This document shows positions 39,303 to 48,181 of a stretch of 64,000 nt of DNA, one piece after another (position 1 is the first letter of the stretch; each line of letters begins with the position of its first letter). The notes under the pieces were generated by a model that was not told the origin of the DNA, did not search any database, and saw only the letters and a list, made by a program, of their open reading frames with translations. Made by a program: the position numbers and the translations under genes. The stretch comes from an uncultured virus (IMG/VR IMGVR_UViG_3300025598_001701) (Duplodnaviria; Heunggongvirae; Uroviricota; Caudoviricetes): IMG/VR virus record IMGVR_UViG_3300025598_001701, one strand, 5' to 3'.

Positions 39303-40151
39303 TCAAGCACGAATTTGACGGTTAATACACCAATTTTTACATTCTTGCGGACAAGTTTTAATATTTTGCCAACTTTCCTTAAGATTTTTATCAATTAATT
39401 CCACAGTATTATTTGTTATATTGTCATATTTCCAATTCATATTTGTATAATTTCCCATATAACAACAAGGAAAAAAATTCCCATCTGCTTGCATATAAAT
39501 GGTTCCTTTAGAAAACAGACAACGTTGTTCTATAGTTTCTAAAGTTTGATCACTATTAAAAATTACACGTTGGTGACTCCAAGGTTCAAATACCCCACTT
39601 TTTCTTTCATCTTTTAAAAAAAACTTTTCAAATTTAAGTTTTTGACTTAACTTTTTAGCTTTTATAATATCATTTTCATTGTGTTTGAACGGAATAAATT
39701 GCCACCATGCTTTACCACCTGCATTGATAAAATCAGTTGCGTTAGATATGATTTTATTAAAATCAGTATTTTTTCTATAGATTGAGTGTGTCTTTTCTAA
39801 TCCATCTAACCCAAATATAACATGACCACGATTTTCAAGTTTTTCACCTAGTAATTTCCACCATTTAGAATTATGCGGTTGACCATTTGTACTGATTTCA
39901 ATTGTTGCACTTGTATTTTTTAAAAACCAGTCTATAAATTTTAAAAAATGTGGGTGTAAAATGGGATCACCAAATGTTCCGCAAAGTTGAATTTTTTTTA
40001 GATTATTTAAAATTTCTTTTTCAATTTTATTTTCAAACGTATTGTAATCTAAATGTTTTAAAGGATAATGGTCTACCAATATTGTTCGTGAACAAGTTGG
40101 ACACGCCGCATTGCAAAATGTGGTTAATTCTATATGCAGCGTGTCAATCAT
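39303..40151 (-). CDS. Radical SAM protein with SPASM/twitch-like tail
   Basis: CNAACPTC; C-terminal G...PCC. Confidence 0.85.
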   Translation of the reverse strand: MIDTLHIELTTFCNAACPTCSRTILVDHYPLKHLDYNTFENKIEKEILNNLKKIQLCGTFGDPILHPHFLKFIDWFLKNTSATIEISTNGQPHNSKWWKLLGEKLENRGHVIFGLDGLEKTHSIYRKNTDFNKIISNATDFINAGGKAWWQFIPFKHNENDIIKAKKLSQKLKFEKFFLKDERKSGVFEPWSHQRVIFNSDQTLETIEQRCLFSKGTIYMQADGNFFPCCYMGNYTNMNWKYDNITNNTVELIDKNLKESWQNIKTCPQECKNWCINRQIRA

Positions 40152-40159
40152 GAAAGTAC

Positions 40160-40621
40160 TTATACCAGTATAATTTCGTCCCAACCTTCCTTTAAATCGG
40201 GGACTTCCAAATTGCTAATCATGCTTGACATAACATCCTTTGGGATGCTTTTGCCTACACGACTATCAAGACGGCGTTGCAATTCGTCAGGTTCAGGTGT
40301 AGCAAAAAAGACACAAATCTTGCGCCAATCGCTAGGAATACGACCTAACTTGACCTTACGACCCTTTGCAGTCGTATTGGTTTGATCCCAAATAAGAGTT
40401 TTGTCGAGATTAATTGCAGTTTGCACTTGTGCATCACAAAACTTCTGTGCATAACCAATAGCACGGCTAAAGATTTCGTTATAAGTTTTGCCAGACTTTT
40501 GTGCAACAGTGTCAATGTAATCATCGCTTGACGCAATAATTACATCTTCAAACTTTTGGTTCTTAATCCAAGTTGACTTTCCCGAACCAGGAACACCAAC
40601 TAACATATAAAGAGTAGCCAT
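40160..40621 (-). CDS. P-loop kinase (polynucleotide-kinase-like)
   Basis: G.PGSGKST, SSD, DQTN, R...R. Confidence 0.8.
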   Translation of the reverse strand: MATLYMLVGVPGSGKSTWIKNQKFEDVIIASSDDYIDTVAQKSGKTYNEIFSRAIGYAQKFCDAQVQTAINLDKTLIWDQTNTTAKGRKVKLGRIPSDWRKICVFFATPEPDELQRRLDSRVGKSIPKDVMSSMISNLEVPDLKEGWDEIILV

Positions 40622-40622
40622 A

Positions 40623-40790
40623 TTATCCTACATTATCCCAACGATTAGCAACTGTAAGCACAAATTGCACCATAAAATAAATCGCAGTTGTCAATATTAG
40701 TACAAAGAACATTTCACCTTGACTAAACTTCATTGCACTCATTACTACATCTGCAATAAAAACTGCTAGCATACTTGTCCAAAAGTTCAT
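40623..40790 (-). CDS. Small membrane protein (55 aa)
   Basis: Hand-read MNFWTSMLAVF...; TAATG-coupled to upstream gene. Confidence 0.5.
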   Translation of the reverse strand: MNFWTSMLAVFIADVVMSAMKFSQGEMFFVLILTTAIYFMVQFVLTVANRWDNVG

Positions 40791-41257
40791 TAGAAATTTC
40801 CTTCTGCTACTTGTAAAACACGCACACCTTGCGCACGGATTGCATCTACTACTTGCTGACGGTCATCAAACCACAGATAAGGCTCGCCCCAATCCTTGCG
40901 GATTTGGTCAAGTAATTCTACCTTGACGATGCTATCCTTGCGATAGTCGCCCTCGCTTCGCATATACAATTGCTCATATGTAAAGCCATTATCGTTCAAC
41001 CAACGACGAGTAACTTCACGAGTTTCCTCGCCACGACCACTGCACAAAATGATAGCAATTTCATCTTCGTGATCAGGATGGTTTACATTAGCAAACCTGA
41101 ACATATCCATAATGAACTTGATATCTTCATGAACCGTATCGTTAGCCATGCCTGCGTTCCAAGCCGCCCAGTTCTTTGGCTTGCTTGAAACCCAATGCTC
41201 ACGATGTTCAGTGTTGGCAATCGTGCCATCAATGTCAAAAACGATAACTTTGTTCAT
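40790..41257 (-). CDS. HAD phosphatase (Pnkp 3'-phosphatase-like)
   Basis: DIDGT, SGR, MR...D.R.D..VK, FDDR. Confidence 0.85.
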   Translation of the reverse strand: MNKVIVFDIDGTIANTEHREHWVSSKPKNWAAWNAGMANDTVHEDIKFIMDMFRFANVNHPDHEDEIAIILCSGRGEETREVTRRWLNDNGFTYEQLYMRSEGDYRKDSIVKVELLDQIRKDWGEPYLWFDDRQQVVDAIRAQGVRVLQVAEGNF

Positions 41258-41312
41258 AATTGCCTCCATCTACAACCAAATATAGCATAGGATTTGGGGT
41301 TGTCAAGCAGTT

Positions 41313-41567
41313 TTATTCAACTCGCCAAACACGTAAACCATTGATTTCCTTGTCTTTTTTGCAGGTAAACTTCTTCTGGTTAGCGGTCTTGACATGAAAA
41401 TTTGCAATATGTGCACGAATATGGTGTTCAATAATGTCTTCAAAAGACACAAAGAAACTTTCACCAATCTGCATCTCTGCAAGAGTATTCTTAAGTTTCT
41501 GCTTTGGGGAAACTTTAATAGCACGAGATGGAAGTGGCACCGTCTTGTCAATAGTGAAAGTATTCAT
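41313..41567 (-). CDS. Small putative DNA-binding protein
   Basis: IDK.VPLP, M.IGESFFV, G.RVWR. Confidence 0.6.
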   Translation of the reverse strand: MNTFTIDKTVPLPSRAIKVSPKQKLKNTLAEMQIGESFFVSFEDIIEHHIRAHIANFHVKTANQKKFTCKKDKEINGLRVWRVE

Positions 41568-41717
41568 AATTTATCTCCTGTTTAAATGATAAAATGAATA
41601 TATCATTGAATAATTTAGTTGTCAATATAAATTATTAGATTATTAAATTATTTTTTCGCTTGACAACCCCTTTAAATGTGGTATTATAGGCTATATTGGT
41701 CCTAAATGGAGATTGTT

Positions 41718-41831
41718 ATGCGTATTACATATGAGGATACTTTTCTGTTTCTTGGGTTAATTTTCCTAACCTATGCCATTGGCACAGGTAAATTTTGGGA
41801 TGCAATTATCTATCTTGGGCATATGTTTTAA
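41718..41831 (+). CDS. 37-aa membrane peptide
   Basis: GGAG RBS; upstream TTGACA-N17-TATTAT. Confidence 0.45.
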   Translation: MRITYEDTFLFLGLIFLTYAIGTGKFWDAIIYLGHMF

Positions 41832-41843
41832 GGGAAAACAATA

Positions 41844-42062
41844 ATGAGTAATCAACGTGCTGGCAAAACCCATAGTGCATCACTGCAAGATGGTGATAAA
41901 ATTCGTCTTACTGATTTGGTAAACTTCTGCAAATCTGCTCGTAGCGACCTTGAACGTGAAGGCGACAGCGATGCTGCACTACGTTTTGAAATTCTTGAAG
42001 ATTGGTTGCGTAATGATTTTCGTGGAACCTTCAAGTATGACTCAAAAATGATTGGACTATAA
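41844..42062 (+). CDS. Hypothetical protein
   Basis: 72-aa ORF with RBS. Confidence 0.6.
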   Translation: MSNQRAGKTHSASLQDGDKIRLTDLVNFCKSARSDLEREGDSDAALRFEILEDWLRNDFRGTFKYDSKMIGL

Positions 42063-42083
42063 TATCCATAGATAATTAAATGT

Positions 42084-43298
42084 ATGAATAATTGCAAACC
42101 ACTTAAACGTTGCCTATGTTGTGGCAGCAGCGATCTCAAGCTAACATTAGATTTAGGTTCTCAACCACTTGCAAATAGTTTTAAAGCAACCATTGCAGAA
42201 CCCGAAGAAACATATCCACTTGCGGTAAACTATTGTCCGCATTGTCATCATCTGCAATTAACTCACGCAGTAGATGCTAATATTATTTTCAAAGATTATG
42301 TTTATGTTAGCGGCACATCGCTGACCATGCAAGAATACTTTAAGTGGTTTGCTGCTTTTGTAATGGAATATTTCCAAGATGTTCCACCAAAGCGTGTGTT
42401 AGAAATTGGATGTAATGACGGCACACAGCTAAACTATTTCAAGAAATATGGATTGGAAACGTGGGGCATTGATCCTGCTGAAAACATCTATCCTATATCT
42501 TCCAAAAATCATAATATTATTTGCGATTTCTTATCACAAGATGCTATTGATAAAGTCAAGCATCCTGTTGATATTATATACGCACAGAATGTTTTTGCAC
42601 ATCAAGACAATCCACAAAAATTCCTAGAACTTTGTAAACAAGTAATGAACCCCAATACTTTGCTGTTCATTCAAAATTCGCAAAGTGATATGATACAAAA
42701 CAACGAGTTTGATACGATTTACCATGAGCATAGAAACTTCTTTAGTGTTTGCAGTCTTAATACCCTTGCTAGCAGTGTTGGCTTACATCTCATTGATGTT
42801 GTAAAAGGCACAATTCACGGTGGCAGTAACATTTTTGTATTCTCAATTGATGCTGAATGTCCAGCACGTGTAAAAGGATACATGGATTGGGAAAGCATAC
42901 AAGGACTTTATGATTACTCAACTTATCAACGTTGGGCAAATAGTGCTAAGAAAACTGTAAATGATTTGAGCGTGGTGCTAGATGCACAGCGCAAAGCACA
43001 TAATCGTATTATTGTTGGATATGGTGCGCCAGCTAAAGGCAACACACTGTTAAACTTTGGTAACATTAATATGGATTTTATCATTGATGATAATCCACTT
43101 AAGCAAAACAAATATACACCTGGTATGAGCATACCAGTGGTTCCTATTGAACACATACAAAATTTTGTTGGACAAGATATTTGTTTTGTTCCGCTTGCTT
43201 GGAATTTCTTTGATGAAATAGTAAGTCGTCTTAAAGCAGTTCGCAATAATAGTGGTGATGTATTTGTTAAGTATTTCCCAAATATATCTGTCTCCTAA
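42084..43298 (+). CDS. NDP-sugar C-methyltransferase-like protein
   Basis: Zn-binding N-terminus, EIGCNDG, FDTIYHEH, GYGAPAKG. Confidence 0.88.
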   Translation: MNNCKPLKRCLCCGSSDLKLTLDLGSQPLANSFKATIAEPEETYPLAVNYCPHCHHLQLTHAVDANIIFKDYVYVSGTSLTMQEYFKWFAAFVMEYFQDVPPKRVLEIGCNDGTQLNYFKKYGLETWGIDPAENIYPISSKNHNIICDFLSQDAIDKVKHPVDIIYAQNVFAHQDNPQKFLELCKQVMNPNTLLFIQNSQSDMIQNNEFDTIYHEHRNFFSVCSLNTLASSVGLHLIDVVKGTIHGGSNIFVFSIDAECPARVKGYMDWESIQGLYDYSTYQRWANSAKKTVNDLSVVLDAQRKAHNRIIVGYGAPAKGNTLLNFGNINMDFIIDDNPLKQNKYTPGMSIPVVPIEHIQNFVGQDICFVPLAWNFFDEIVSRLKAVRNNSGDVFVKYFPNISVS

Positions 43299-43317
43299 AT
43301 AATATAGGAGATTTATC

Positions 43318-43953
43318 ATGGATAACGGTATAAAATATACTATGCTAGTTCTGGAAGGACTAGAAATCAGCCATCGCATTGAACGCAATGATAGTGAACT
43401 AGCTGAACTTATTCATGGTTTAATGATTGAAAGTGCTCAACTTGATGAAGGCATTGTTGACACTATTAAAGAAAAAGCTGCTGCTTTTGCTGATAAAGTG
43501 AAAGATAGTGCTAAAAACATACTACCATCAATTACGCAAAAATTTGATAATACACTTGCTCAAGTTCGTGTCAAACAAGGCGACGAAGCAGCAGATGCTA
43601 TTGAAAGCGAAATGAATAAAAAAGCTGGCAGCAATTGGCGTTCAAATAGTGTTAAGGTTGCAGCAGCCCTAGCAGTTGCTAGTAGTCTAGCGCAAGCAAC
43701 ACCAGCGCAAGCACATGATATGTATATGCGTATGTCACCTTTCCAAGCACAACAAATGCAGATGCAACGCCAAGCAGATTGGGCAAGACATCACCGTATG
43801 GATAGTTTCCGCAATCGTAATATGCAAGGTTACTATCGCGGTGGCGATTATGATGATTACCAATACCAACAAAATAACAACCAAGCATCATTTGCTATTG
43901 GAGTTATGATTGGTGCAGCACTTGGTGCAGCAATAGCACAACACCATCGCTAA
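43318..43953 (+). CDS. Hypothetical protein with internal signal-like helix and glycine zipper
   Basis: VAAALAVASSLAQATPAQA; IGVMIGAALGAAIA. Confidence 0.65.
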   Translation: MDNGIKYTMLVLEGLEISHRIERNDSELAELIHGLMIESAQLDEGIVDTIKEKAAAFADKVKDSAKNILPSITQKFDNTLAQVRVKQGDEAADAIESEMNKKAGSNWRSNSVKVAAALAVASSLAQATPAQAHDMYMRMSPFQAQQMQMQRQADWARHHRMDSFRNRNMQGYYRGGDYDDYQYQQNNNQASFAIGVMIGAALGAAIAQHHR

Positions 43954-43968
43954 TACCATAAATACCTT

Positions 43969-44682
43969 ATGCGTTTTACACAATTTAGACCTATACTTCT
44001 TGAAGGCGGTAATATGTTTATTGGTACTACATCCTTTGATCAGGCTGTGGTTCCACAAGTTTTAAAAATATTAAATGATGCGTTAAGTGGCGCAAGATTA
44101 AAGGTTACACCAGTTGGCAGCGGTGCAAATCCTGTAAAAGGTAAAATCAGCAACGATTTTGATGTTATGACTGATGAAGATGCTGTTAAGGCATTTTTTA
44201 AAACTGATGATGCAAAAGAAGCACGTCGCAAACTTGCTGATTATATGAGAAATTTAGGATTTGAAGTTGCGCAAAGTGGTATCATTGTTCACGTATTAGT
44301 TCCTGTTAGTGGTATGGGTGTTCAAGCCGACATTATGGTAACTCCACAGGCAGATGCTATTGCTAAATTTCATACACATAACATTCCGCAAGGCAGTCCA
44401 TTTAAGGGAAAAAACAAAGTTTTAACTATTGCAATGCTTGCAAAAATGAAAGGCTATTTGTTTAGCCCATGGCAAGGTTTATTTAAGCGCACACCTGATG
44501 GTAAAAAAGGTGAGATGGTAACTAATGATATTGAAACAGTTGCTAAAGTTTTACTAGGTAATAGCGCAACTGCTGCTGATTTGGGTAGTGTAGAAAGTAT
44601 CTTAAAAAAACTTCCAAAAACAGAGGCTGACAATCTATTGACTGGACTACGTGCTGATCCTAATTGGGAAGAAGCAAAATGA
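43969..44682 (+). CDS. Pol-beta-superfamily nucleotidyltransferase-like protein
   Basis: VGSG...SNDFDV and QADIM. Confidence 0.6.
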   Translation: MRFTQFRPILLEGGNMFIGTTSFDQAVVPQVLKILNDALSGARLKVTPVGSGANPVKGKISNDFDVMTDEDAVKAFFKTDDAKEARRKLADYMRNLGFEVAQSGIIVHVLVPVSGMGVQADIMVTPQADAIAKFHTHNIPQGSPFKGKNKVLTIAMLAKMKGYLFSPWQGLFKRTPDGKKGEMVTNDIETVAKVLLGNSATAADLGSVESILKKLPKTEADNLLTGLRADPNWEEAK

Positions 44683-46031
44683 GAGCATTAGAGTTTATTG
44701 CTGAAGCCAAAGGTGTATTCGGTCGTAAAAAAGGCGATACCTATGTAAATGATAATGGTCAGACTGCTACATTTAATCGTGCTGAAATGTATCCTGATAC
44801 TAAACCAAATAATGCCTACAAAGACCATGCAACTGCACTAAAAGCTGTTGAACGTATTCAAACTCGTTCTGGCAAAGAAATTACTTGGGTTAATCAAGAA
44901 AAACCAACAAATAATGCTTTTGCTATAATGTTTATGGATACAGACGAAGGCGATGTTATGCTATGGGGTCGCTGGTATCGTGTTGTACCAGCAAATGTTA
45001 TCAGTAGTTGGGCAAACAATGAACTGCCACAAGGTTGGCTATGGAGCAGCAAAACTGCTGAAAAGTCTCGTAGTGGCATGACACCACAAGATTTAATCAA
45101 AAGTGAAAACAAATTTACAAGTTCTGGTGAAATACTACAAACAATTGAAAGCAATGGTGCAAGCCCCGAAATTATGGAAGGACTGAGCATGGTTGCCGCT
45201 GGTGCAAAAGTAGCTGTATTTCGTGGATTAGGTGATAAACTTACAAGTGTTCGCGACCATCTTGGTGAAATCATAACACCTCTTGCATTAATGAGTGGTA
45301 TTATTAAAGATAATAATAGTATTAATGCACAAAAAGATATTTTAAAAACTGATTATAGCAGTTGTGCTGTATGGTTCCCTCAAAATAAAAATAATAATCT
45401 AGTTGATAGTGAGTTTGTTGCACCAGATGGTCACACATTGGGCGTTAGCACTAAAGGCGATAAAGGTGCAAAGGCAAGTGTTAAAAACATTTATGATGCA
45501 ATGATTGATCCAAAAAATGCCGCACTTAAAAAGAAATATAAAAATGCTGTAAGTATTATTGAAACTATTGCTAATGAAGGCCAAAAGATGGGTCCACTTG
45601 TTCTTGGTGAACAAATGGGTATCATTGATAGTTACTTAAAAGACGAAATATTACATCATATAGATAGTAAAACAAACAAACCAGGCAAAATGAGCCAAAA
45701 TGCTAAAAAATTGTTTATTGCATTTGGTAGTAAAGGTGACAGTCCTGGTTATAATATTGGATTGGTGTTATTAGCAAATTGTGCTAAAAGTGTAGCTAAA
45801 CAATTAAATGCAGATACAAAATTTCAAGAGGCTTGTCGTGCTTTCTTGAACCAAGCTAGTATTATTCAAGTGTATACTGATGCTAAAATAGTTGGTAGCG
45901 ATGTTCATATCACAGGATTTAGAACAGTTTATCCACCAAAATTTGAAGGTAAAGTAATGATCGATGCTGGTAAAAATTATACCAGCACCGCCATTAAAGG
46001 TAAATTTAGTTTTGATATTGGCAAAGGTTAA
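44679..46031 (+). CDS. Hypothetical protein, possible PD-(D/E)XK-like fold
   Basis: ATGA overlap; LVDS...GVSTKG. Confidence 0.55.
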   Translation: MRALEFIAEAKGVFGRKKGDTYVNDNGQTATFNRAEMYPDTKPNNAYKDHATALKAVERIQTRSGKEITWVNQEKPTNNAFAIMFMDTDEGDVMLWGRWYRVVPANVISSWANNELPQGWLWSSKTAEKSRSGMTPQDLIKSENKFTSSGEILQTIESNGASPEIMEGLSMVAAGAKVAVFRGLGDKLTSVRDHLGEIITPLALMSGIIKDNNSINAQKDILKTDYSSCAVWFPQNKNNNLVDSEFVAPDGHTLGVSTKGDKGAKASVKNIYDAMIDPKNAALKKKYKNAVSIIETIANEGQKMGPLVLGEQMGIIDSYLKDEILHHIDSKTNKPGKMSQNAKKLFIAFGSKGDSPGYNIGLVLLANCAKSVAKQLNADTKFQEACRAFLNQASIIQVYTDAKIVGSDVHITGFRTVYPPKFEGKVMIDAGKNYTSTAIKGKFSFDIGKG

Positions 46032-46390
46032 GCATCACGTGAAATGTAATGCATACGAACCTTTTCTGGTTTAAAATATTTGTCAACAGTTTGAATTACT
46101 GTATCGTTGTCAAATGGCTTGCATGAGAAAACATCAATATAGAAGTTACCATTTGCATCAACAAAGTGACCAGTAATATTAGATGTCTCAATCATTTGGC
46201 AAAAGCTAATACCAGACTTACTAAGATCGTGTGTTGCAAAACGCTCAATCCATGGTTCACCAAAAGCAACCATATCAATAGCAACAACTAATTCTTTAAT
46301 AAACTTGTAAACATTTTCTTTTGACGCAATAAGGTCTTTGTCGCCATTTGTGCAATCGAGTAATAGGTGATAACCCCAAGTATTGTTCAT
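46028..46390 (-). CDS. S-adenosylmethionine decarboxylase-like proenzyme
   Basis: G.HL.LD, IETSNITGH, DVFSCKPFD. Confidence 0.8.
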   Translation of the reverse strand: MNNTWGYHLLLDCTNGDKDLIASKENVYKFIKELVVAIDMVAFGEPWIERFATHDLSKSGISFCQMIETSNITGHFVDANGNFYIDVFSCKPFDNDTVIQTVDKYFKPEKVRMHYISRDA

Positions 46391-46423
46391 GCCAGTCTCC
46401 TTCGTTGATAGCAATTTGAAAAA

Positions 46424-46972
46424 TTATTTATTAGGATAGCGACCTAATAATTCAAAACATTCTGTAAGACGCTGCACTTGATTTAAACAATCCCATAGTG
46501 CATGATGTTTACTAGTGCCAGGTATAAAATGCTCTGGAACCATTTTATAAATTGTTCTAGCATCTAGGACTTGCCAAAACTTCCACGGACTTTGTAATCC
46601 AAGTTCACGATTAATATCTTCTAAAATAACATAATCAAAACCAGCACCATTAGCCCAATAGCGATCTACACCGCTTGCCCAACTATTCAGTGCAATCATG
46701 GCATCACGCAATGGTAGTCGATTATCAGGATGAAATGCCTCATCGCGTGTGTTTTTGTCTTGTTCACCCCACCATTGGACAGTTTCTTCATTGATTTCAC
46801 GCTTTTGACTATCAACATCTACACGACAGTAAAAATAATCCATATCACGTGGATCAGCGATGGTTCTGTAATCACCATAGCGGTCAAAAGTAACGCCCGC
46901 AATGGTTAAAACCGTGGCTTTTGGTGTATTGCCAAGTGTCTCAATATCAATCATAATGTCACGATGCTTCAT
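46424..46972 (-). CDS. DEDDh 3'-5' exonuclease
   Basis: MIDIETLG, WANG..FD, HHALWD. Confidence 0.85.
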   Translation of the reverse strand: MKHRDIMIDIETLGNTPKATVLTIAGVTFDRYGDYRTIADPRDMDYFYCRVDVDSQKREINEETVQWWGEQDKNTRDEAFHPDNRLPLRDAMIALNSWASGVDRYWANGAGFDYVILEDINRELGLQSPWKFWQVLDARTIYKMVPEHFIPGTSKHHALWDCLNQVQRLTECFELLGRYPNK

Positions 46973-47057
46973 AGTCTTAATATACCATATTTGTAGTATT
47001 TGTCAAGCACTTTTTGGAGATTTGTGGTAAATATATACAGGTATTTTTGGAGCCAAC

Positions 47058-47198
47058 ATGACCACGCAAGAGTGGACTTACATTAAAAAGCATTTGCGTT
47101 GCTATTATACTGGCTATGAAACATACGCTGGTGTCATAGTTGGTGCCATTCTCGGCGTAACAATGTTGGAAGTAATAATCAATTATTTGAGTCGTTGA
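47058..47198 (+). CDS. 46-aa membrane peptide
   Basis: GGAG RBS; C-terminal TM segment. Confidence 0.5.
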   Translation: MTTQEWTYIKKHLRCYYTGYETYAGVIVGAILGVTMLEVIINYLSR

Positions 47199-47199
47199 A

Positions 47200-47478
47200 A
47201 TGGATTTTTTAAAATTAGTTGGTGAAGTTGGATTCCCTATAGCAGCCGCCTGTGCAGGCGGTTATTTTGTATTTTTAACCCTAAAATTTATTCTTGCTGG
47301 CGTTACAAGTTCCGTGAATGGTATTAAAGGTATTATTATGGCACTTGATAACCGTGTAAAAACCATGAACCATGATGTTATTAGAATTGATACTCTCATG
47401 AGTAATGCACTAGGAGTGCGTCCCGACCTAGATCGTATTGCTCGTGCTGATGGTAAAAACGACGCACGTAGGGACTAA
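47200..47478 (+). CDS. YvrJ-like membrane protein A
   Basis: VGFPIAA TM followed by coiled coil. Confidence 0.65.
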   Translation: MDFLKLVGEVGFPIAAACAGGYFVFLTLKFILAGVTSSVNGIKGIIMALDNRVKTMNHDVIRIDTLMSNALGVRPDLDRIARADGKNDARRD

Positions 47479-47491
47479 TAAGGAAAGAAAT

Positions 47492-47677
47492 ATGAAGAAG
47501 ATTATTTTAGTAGCAACAATGTTAGCATTCTCAACAAGTGCTTTTGCAGCTAATGCTCCAACTGCAACTAAAGCTCCAAAAGCAAAAGTAGTCCATAGTG
47601 CTTGTGATCCTGTAAAAAATGCAAGTGCTTGCAAAAGCACAGTGCATCACAAAGCACCAAAAAAGAAAAAGAAGTAA
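47492..47677 (+). CDS. Small secreted Lys/His-rich protein
   Basis: Signal peptide ...SAFA; basic mature part with two Cys. Confidence 0.65.
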   Translation: MKKIILVATMLAFSTSAFAANAPTATKAPKAKVVHSACDPVKNASACKSTVHHKAPKKKKK

Positions 47678-47687
47678 TTAATGCAAA

Positions 47688-47828
47688 GTGTCTAATAAAC
47701 AGAATAACTTTCTAGTACTTGAAAGAAGAACTCATTCTGGTCGTAGAAGTTATTCTGTTTATTTTGGACAAAGATTAATTTTGATTACATACAATAGTAA
47801 AGAAGCACAATGGTATAAGGAACAATAA
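47688..47828 (+). CDS. 46-aa hypothetical protein
   Basis: GTG-start ORF whose TAA overlaps the next ATG. Confidence 0.4.
   Translation: MSNKQNNFLVLERRTHSGRRSYSVYFGQRLILITYNSKEAQWYKEQ
47694..47763. repeat. Inverted repeat with 17-bp perfect arms
   Basis: AATAAACAGAATAACTT ... AAGTTATTCTGTTTATT. Confidence 0.85.
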
Positions 47829-48181
47829 TGGAAGGTAATTTAATAGACGCAATCAACAAATATGGGTTTCCTATTGTTGCTGCCAGCGGCGTTGGTTACA
47901 TGATTTATTATGTGTGGACTTGGGCTACAACAGAAGTTAAACCTGTGCTAAGTGAAGCAAACACTGTGCTAATTGGTCTTATTGATCGCATTCGTATGTT
48001 AGACAATGATTTGATTCGTCTTAATCAAAAACTAAACATAGTTCTAATGTTACGTGGTAAAGAAATTGAAAGCCAACGCCATCTCGATGATGCTGTTGCA
48101 GATGTTGCAGCAAAGGCAAAAGAAGAAGAAGTTCAACGCACACTTAAGCGAGCAAACAAAAAAATACCCGCTGATGGTTAA
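47828..48181 (+). CDS. YvrJ-like membrane protein B
   Basis: YGFPIVAA TM; RIRMLDNDLIRL resembles RVKTMNHDVIRI of protein A. Confidence 0.65.
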   Translation: MEGNLIDAINKYGFPIVAASGVGYMIYYVWTWATTEVKPVLSEANTVLIGLIDRIRMLDNDLIRLNQKLNIVLMLRGKEIESQRHLDDAVADVAAKAKEEEVQRTLKRANKKIPADG

